Origin: Bacteroidota bacterium
GTDB lineage: Bacteria; Bacteroidota; Bacteroidia; NS11-12g; UBA955
Assembly (NCBI GenBank): GCA_040386935.1
Contig: JAZKEQ010000029.1
Location: forward strand, 21,431 to 85,430
Direction: 5' to 3'
Length of the DNA stretch: 64,000 nucleotides
Part shown: positions 59,801 through 64,000 of the stretch, piece after piece
Layout: each line of letters opens with the position of its first letter
Numbering within the stretch: the stretch's first letter is position 1
Position numbers and translations under genes: made by a program
Notes under the pieces: generated by a model
Seen by the model: the letters and a program-made list of their open reading frames with translations, nothing else
Told to the model about the DNA's origin: nothing
The model's database searches: none

Positions 59801-62312
59801 CAAAAATAATCCTTCAGATACTAACTTATACGATTACTTACACCACAAGAGCATTTCATATTTTGATGGGAAGAACAGTACTTTAGATAGTCAGGTGATT
59901 CAGGTTGCTAAGATTGTAAAATGGCATACTGAAGCAGATATTACTCCTGTATTCGATCAGATTAAACAAATTTTGATTGCTAGCAATATCGATATTTACG
60001 ATTTAAGTCCTACCCAATTATCTGAAATTATCTGGAACGGTCAAGGCGCATTCGGAAAACCATACACAGGTTCAAGAGGTTGTTTGGATACTACAGGATA
60101 TGGTAAATTCATCAGATTCTATAAAGTAAAAGACTCTAGTGTTATTACACACTTTAGAGATACCAGTTTATTGCCATTGAATAAAGTTGTTGGTTTTGAT
60201 GGTCTAACCTATAATGCTTATTGCTTTGTTCCTCAATATTCCGGTTTTTATTTTGCTAACTTCGGTTTGAGAAGCCGTGCACCTGAGAATTGTGTAATGC
60301 AAACAGGAAGTGCTAAAAAAGTAATTGTTGGTTTCTATGGCAGAATGGATTACACTGATACTATCCTTTGCCACGGAGAAGATGTATCAGCCTACACTGA
60401 ATTCAAATATTTTGATGCATATCCTGAAATCACCAACAGATTACTTGACCCAACTGACTATTGGTACGATAGAAGAAGTGAAGCAGGGAATCAAAATAGA
60501 GAAGGCAGAACAAGATGGGATTTGAGCAAGGACGATGATACTTTAAATCCTCCAAACACTGTATTTGGTCCTTTCCCTTATGGTCAAACAGGTGTTGGTA
60601 CAGGTTCATTCCCTGCTGTACCTCCGGGAGTTGTTACTCACTTAGTTAAATTAGGCGGATTGTCAGTTCCGGGTGCTATCTATTACTTGTCAGATACAGG
60701 TGGATACTACCAAGTGAGAGTGACCACTGCGGATAGCTTGGGTTGTAGAGATACTTTCCCTCAGGATATCTTCGTAACAGCGGCTAACGCATTCTTTAAA
60801 CTGGATCAGAATCGTCCTGAGTGCGCTACTGTAATTGAGTTCTTTGATTCATCATACGTATTCGACCCATGTGTATGGAAATTGAAAGACAAATGCGATT
60901 ACATCACTAAATGGATCATCAACTGGGGTGATAGCAGCAAAAATAAAATCAGTACTTTCAGAAACTTCTTACCACCACAGATTGGTCACGATTATGTAAG
61001 AAACGGTAGATTCAAGGTTACCCTAAGGGTAGAAACTTATCTGGGATGTTGGGATACTTTCTCGCGCATGATTTATATACCTGGTCCGGTACCGTTCTTC
61101 GATACATTTATTCCTCGTAAGTACTGTGTGAACGAACGTGTTGACTTTAGCAACTTAAGTACATACATGAAACAAGATAGCAGTATCTGGTTATGGGACT
61201 TCGGTGATGGATTCTACGACAGTCAGTTCGATACAATCATCCCTGGTAAAAATGATACCATCAGTCATAGATATACCAAACCGGGTAGATATAAAATATT
61301 CCTGAGACAGAACTTTGTACTGAATCTGGGTGGAACTATCAAGAAGTGTTTTGTTACATATCCTGATACACTTTCAGAACAACCAATTTTCTACATCGAT
61401 GTATACCCTTACGATTCTGTTAAACTCAAAATCTCAAGGACCGAAATTTGCGAAAATGACACTGTGGAGCTGATAGGTATGGTTAAACCAACTAATAAAT
61501 ACCAGTACTACAGATGGCACTTTGGGGTAACACCTACAGATACGCTCATCACTCAGGATACTTCATACCTTGATGATAAAGCAAAACGCTATGTAGATAA
61601 AGGCAGATACGTGATCAAGTTTATGGGTGATAGAAATACTGTAAACACAACTGAGAAAGTTTGTCCGGGTGAAGATTCAGTTATTCTGAATGTCGCTAAT
61701 GTGAAAGCTGACTTCGAAATTGATACCACTAAATCTCCGATATTCTGTTTTGAGAATAAATCATTGAACAGTACCAACCACGCATGGAGTCTGTACAACA
61801 AGGAAGACATCATGTTATTGGATCCTGCAGATAGAAAGGTAGTCTTTGACGGAATAACAGGTTCTGAAGCAAATGACCCTAAACCATGCAGAGATTACAG
61901 AGATTCAGTAGGTGAGTATTGGGTATGTCTTGAAGCAATAAATGATATTGGCTGTAGAGATACCACGTGTCGCAAATTAGTAAACAGATTCGAAGCGTCT
62001 ATCCGCCCACCAAACGTGTTCACTCCTGATAATGGTGCGTTCCAAGGTACTGATAAAGAAGGTCTGAAAGGTAACGATGTATTCAACATCGAAATCAAAG
62101 GCGAAGATTTATACGACCTGGTAATATATGACCGTTGGGGTGTGAAAGTATTCGATTCAAAAGATAAAAATGTTGACTGGAACGGAAAAATAAACAATAC
62201 AGGTGCTGAGTGTCCAAATGGTACTTACTACTATATCTTGAACTACAGATATAAAGGTAAAGACAAGAAAGAACCGGTATTGAATGGAACTGTTCAGATC
62301 ATAAGAGGATAA
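56820..62312 (+). CDS. Giant (1830 aa) secreted Cys-rich PKD-repeat protein with a T9SS type B (CHU_C) C-terminal sorting domain. It is a putative surface adhesin.
   Basis: Signal peptide (LMAVLLLGVSSVKAQ). It has multiple WDFGDG-type PKD motifs (NWDFNSEGA, RWDWGDS, WLWDFGDGFYD, INWGDSS) and many cysteines. The C-terminus (PPNVFTPDNGAFQGTDKEGLKGNDVFNI...YDRWGVKVF...DWNGK...TYYYIL) matches the type B sorting domain. Confidence 0.75.
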   Translation: MNIKYQISRSLKAFGLMAVLLLGVSSVKAQCTITTSGPPCVNQPIQFFCNTTGASNYNWDFNSEGANTSLCNPSFAFSTTGTKTITLSLKLANGSTCNATTTIVVKGAPVIDFVKLSDDTSCFFGNSFCFRDDTKPVDNGGCIKSIKYVWSDGELITVSGTAPTGVTMPNSFCKSFTNPAGGTYDLLIETEDCNGCISRKTFLSICVVRASMGLTFSSLRPKACDSVKLTVTNASLIDIKDIDSFRWDWGDSKFTSGKGGTGAPNWKTTVSHMFYTQGPNAGEFNTKLTVWSKFGCKESFTFFSSATNLKLDPQIIASFDSVCYDDPVIDFTIKGGVIPQGVSPVFNYGDPDSGPLNITRQWVGNHSFTKSGPFKIKFTYNHPICGNREIYDTILVIGPESKIEKAFNWLVDSLRYQCVIKDTVKFKNFSVFYHNDRKFRDDDSTFVFGDSLLYDVKKDTIILGNPTFDRNYMVWLKPGFNAPLTHIFNSKSGQTSVDAAPANQRGNSCIFRVWDFDDDFCEKCTTDTKNGINTVLKNCKFSKDSLPQHWYTPWDSIYQTRNSTRAANGIRYNKDSGLCIQTKIWPDDSMAIIRYTTLYYGNNVLGKKAKDSLIYAGIKNKVMVPSFIAGPARWDATSEAPRFYLGRTDTMYLDNNNGITPNMIRGLRYQTVQIGQSLILKSKTDTAFFNYWIVDVLDTIANDLVRPWHNVVSRMKMQGYNATDSLDPALHRQKFYEGTTVRCFNVRLFQKDMCHALACENQATAQLALMPPSAKKLRKDGMQCLGGSQDNYGITFILSDTKPGCTRTYAQINYDTALSKFGWVDAIGPNLAGGSIATGNLPPVNPPYLGYDLGGPAPSRFSKQFTTDDFKDSLTGYINVGLIVGTGMWRTPNDPPIDDLNYPATCIDTVYYPKFARFPVLDNRFRIIKPKQGPEFTKICRKDTLCMTLMPRNRSYIPDVEELNWSLSAANVGKYFDKYYTMQVNEYYERFAKNKNNPSDTNLYDYLHHKSISYFDGKNSTLDSQVIQVAKIVKWHTEADITPVFDQIKQILIASNIDIYDLSPTQLSEIIWNGQGAFGKPYTGSRGCLDTTGYGKFIRFYKVKDSSVITHFRDTSLLPLNKVVGFDGLTYNAYCFVPQYSGFYFANFGLRSRAPENCVMQTGSAKKVIVGFYGRMDYTDTILCHGEDVSAYTEFKYFDAYPEITNRLLDPTDYWYDRRSEAGNQNREGRTRWDLSKDDDTLNPPNTVFGPFPYGQTGVGTGSFPAVPPGVVTHLVKLGGLSVPGAIYYLSDTGGYYQVRVTTADSLGCRDTFPQDIFVTAANAFFKLDQNRPECATVIEFFDSSYVFDPCVWKLKDKCDYITKWIINWGDSSKNKISTFRNFLPPQIGHDYVRNGRFKVTLRVETYLGCWDTFSRMIYIPGPVPFFDTFIPRKYCVNERVDFSNLSTYMKQDSSIWLWDFGDGFYDSQFDTIIPGKNDTISHRYTKPGRYKIFLRQNFVLNLGGTIKKCFVTYPDTLSEQPIFYIDVYPYDSVKLKISRTEICENDTVELIGMVKPTNKYQYYRWHFGVTPTDTLITQDTSYLDDKAKRYVDKGRYVIKFMGDRNTVNTTEKVCPGEDSVILNVANVKADFEIDTTKSPIFCFENKSLNSTNHAWSLYNKEDIMLLDPADRKVVFDGITGSEANDPKPCRDYRDSVGEYWVCLEAINDIGCRDTTCRKLVNRFEASIRPPNVFTPDNGAFQGTDKEGLKGNDVFNIEIKGEDLYDLVIYDRWGVKVFDSKDKNVDWNGKINNTGAECPNGTYYYILNYRYKGKDKKEPVLNGTVQIIRG

Positions 62313-62334
62313 CTAATAATATTATATTTCAAAC

Positions 62335-62369
62335 AAACCCCGGCCTTAAAACCGGGGTTTGTTCGTTTA
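62335..62369 (+). terminator. Rho-independent terminator after the giant gene.
   Basis: There is a perfect 9 bp stem (aaaccccgg / ccggggttt) with an 8 nt loop, followed by a T-rich stretch. Confidence 0.7.
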
Positions 62370-62399
62370 TAGGAATAAGGGTTGTATTTTTGCCCCACT

Positions 62400-63806
62400 A
62401 TGTTAGGCGCCTATCAACAGGATGATACCATCACAGCAATTGCTACGCCCAATGGTGTTTCAGCCATTGGCATCATCAGATTATCAGGACCCGAGGCATT
62501 TACAATTTGCAACAAGGTTTTTAAAGGGAAAAATATAACATTGCAGGCTTCCCATACCGTTCACTATGGCTTTATAATGAATGGCGATACAGCCATTGAT
62601 GAAGTGATGGTGACATTGTTCAGAGCACCCAAAAGTTTTACAACAGAAGACAGTATTGAGATTGCTTGTCACGGATCACCCTATATACTTGAGCAAATCA
62701 TCAATGTTCTTATCACCGCTGGAGCACGGCTAGCATTGCCGGGTGAATTTACAATCAGGGCCTTTATGAAGGGTAGAATCGACTTGTCTCAGGCAGAGGC
62801 TGTAGCAGATCTGATAGTGTCTCAAAACGCTTCCCAACACGCCATAGCCATGCAGCAAATGAGGGGAGGGATAACCAACGAAATTGCATTACTCCGACAA
62901 GAGTTGTTAGATTTTGTATCACTCATTGAACTTGAACTCGACTTTGGTGAAGAAGATGTTGAATTTGCTGATAGAAAGGATTTGTATACCTTGGTCAATA
63001 AAATCATACACCACATCAGTCCACTAATCAATTCATTCAGGTACGGCAATGCCATCAAAAACGGATTGCCCATTGCAATTATTGGTCGGCCAAATGCCGG
63101 AAAGTCATCATTACTCAATTTGTTGTTACAGGATGAAAGGGCAATTGTTTCAGATATAGCCGGTACTACCCGCGATACCATCGAAGAGGTAATGACAATA
63201 GGAGGAGTGCCCTTCCGTTTTATTGATACAGCAGGTATCAGGGCAACTGAAGATACCATAGAGAAAATTGGCATAGCAAAGGCTTTGAAAAAAATAGAAG
63301 AGGCCCGTATGGTGTTGTATATTTTTGATGCGGCTAATACACCAATCTCAGAAGTGTTGGAAGACATCAGCATGATTAATGAAAAAAATCACGACATCAG
63401 CTTATTGATAATGGTGAACAAAACCGATTTATTGTCAAATGATCAGGTAAAGGATTTAATTGCAACTATTAAAACCCATGGTCATACCAATGTTTTTGCC
63501 ATTCAGGCCAATAATAATTCTCAGGATTCATTAAATCAGATAACAAAGGCGTTGGATAATATTGCTCAGCAAATGAACCCTGAAGACAATCAAACTGTGA
63601 TTACCAATGTGCGACATTACAATGCATTATTGGAAGCAAGAAATGCCCTTAATCATGTAGTAACAGGACTCGATAATCGCCTGAGCAGTGATTTACTATC
63701 GCTTGATATCAAACAATCACTGAATGCATTGGGACAGATAACGGGAGAGGTAACAAGTGATGAAATATTGGGTAATATTTTTGGCAAGTTTTGTATCGGA
63801 AAGTAA
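62400..63806 (+). CDS. mnmE: tRNA uridine-5-carboxymethylaminomethyl modification GTPase MnmE. The start was moved to MLGAYQQDD. The track ORF begins at 62382.
   Basis: The N-terminal THF-binding region is present (TIAIATP.GVSAIGIIRLSG). The G1 motif GRPNAGKSSLLN is present. The DTAG motif is present. The characteristic C-terminal CIGK is present. Confidence 0.9.
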   Translation: MLGAYQQDDTITAIATPNGVSAIGIIRLSGPEAFTICNKVFKGKNITLQASHTVHYGFIMNGDTAIDEVMVTLFRAPKSFTTEDSIEIACHGSPYILEQIINVLITAGARLALPGEFTIRAFMKGRIDLSQAEAVADLIVSQNASQHAIAMQQMRGGITNEIALLRQELLDFVSLIELELDFGEEDVEFADRKDLYTLVNKIIHHISPLINSFRYGNAIKNGLPIAIIGRPNAGKSSLLNLLLQDERAIVSDIAGTTRDTIEEVMTIGGVPFRFIDTAGIRATEDTIEKIGIAKALKKIEEARMVLYIFDAANTPISEVLEDISMINEKNHDISLLIMVNKTDLLSNDQVKDLIATIKTHGHTNVFAIQANNNSQDSLNQITKALDNIAQQMNPEDNQTVITNVRHYNALLEARNALNHVVTGLDNRLSSDLLSLDIKQSLNALGQITGEVTSDEILGNIFGKFCIGK

Positions 63807-63878
63807 CCCACATTCATTGTATACTAAAACCAATTCTATGATTTCAGTGGAATAATTGTTTTCTTTGCGTACTATAAC

Positions 63879-64000
63879 ATGAAAAAATATTTAACGATAG
63901 GTTTGTTGTTTGTCATTGCTTTGTCACATGTAAATGCACAGGATGGTGATACCAAACACATGATTTCAGCCGGATTTGGAGCTCCTAATATTCCAAAAAC
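63879..64000 (+). CDS. 5' end of a gene for a secreted protein, truncated by the window edge.
   Basis: An ATG is followed by a signal peptide (MKKYLTIGLLFVIALSHVNAQ). The frame is open to position 64000. Confidence 0.3.
   Translation, partial: MKKYLTIGLLFVIALSHVNAQDGDTKHMISAGFGAPNIPK

Overview
This 64 kb window looks like a chromosomal segment of a Bacteroidota-type genome. The evidence is about 40% GC, many T9SS C-terminal sorting domains (type A and type B), a short NuoG, atpDC absent from the atp operon, and TTTG/TAnnTTTG-style promoters. Most of the window is housekeeping. It holds a partial serS, mfd, a complete 14-gene NADH:quinone oxidoreductase operon (nuoA to nuoN) on the minus strand, PBP1A, a large TPR lipoprotein and an M23 peptidase. 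A bactofilin gene and two small AtpZ/AtpI-like membrane protein genes sit directly in front of atpBEFHAG. The rest of the core is a GH92 mannosidase, yraN, lipB, a LemA-TPM-TPM cluster, a PolB-like 3'-5' exonuclease, rocD, sucD and mnmE. Accessory content is interleaved with the core. One piece is a tight four-gene minus-strand operon (SdpI-like membrane protein, unknown secreted protein, SRPBCC/AHSA1, Qnr-like pentapeptide repeat protein). Another is a Kazal-domain protein carrying a T9SS type A sorting domain. Between mfd and a BNR/sortilin-like protein there is a structured 525 bp non-coding region followed by a DUF1566 secreted protein and a HigB/HigA toxin-antitoxin pair. The last accessory piece is the best candidate for an undescribed system: a YbjN-like gene, an ECF sigma factor, and a translationally coupled membrane anti-sigma-like protein whose periplasmic end is a T9SS type B (CHU_C) sorting domain, directly upstream of a 1830 aa PKD/Cys-rich T9SS type B cargo protein. 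I found no rRNA, tRNA, CRISPR array, integrase or transposase. All assignments come from reading motifs in the six-frame translations. No database searches were run.
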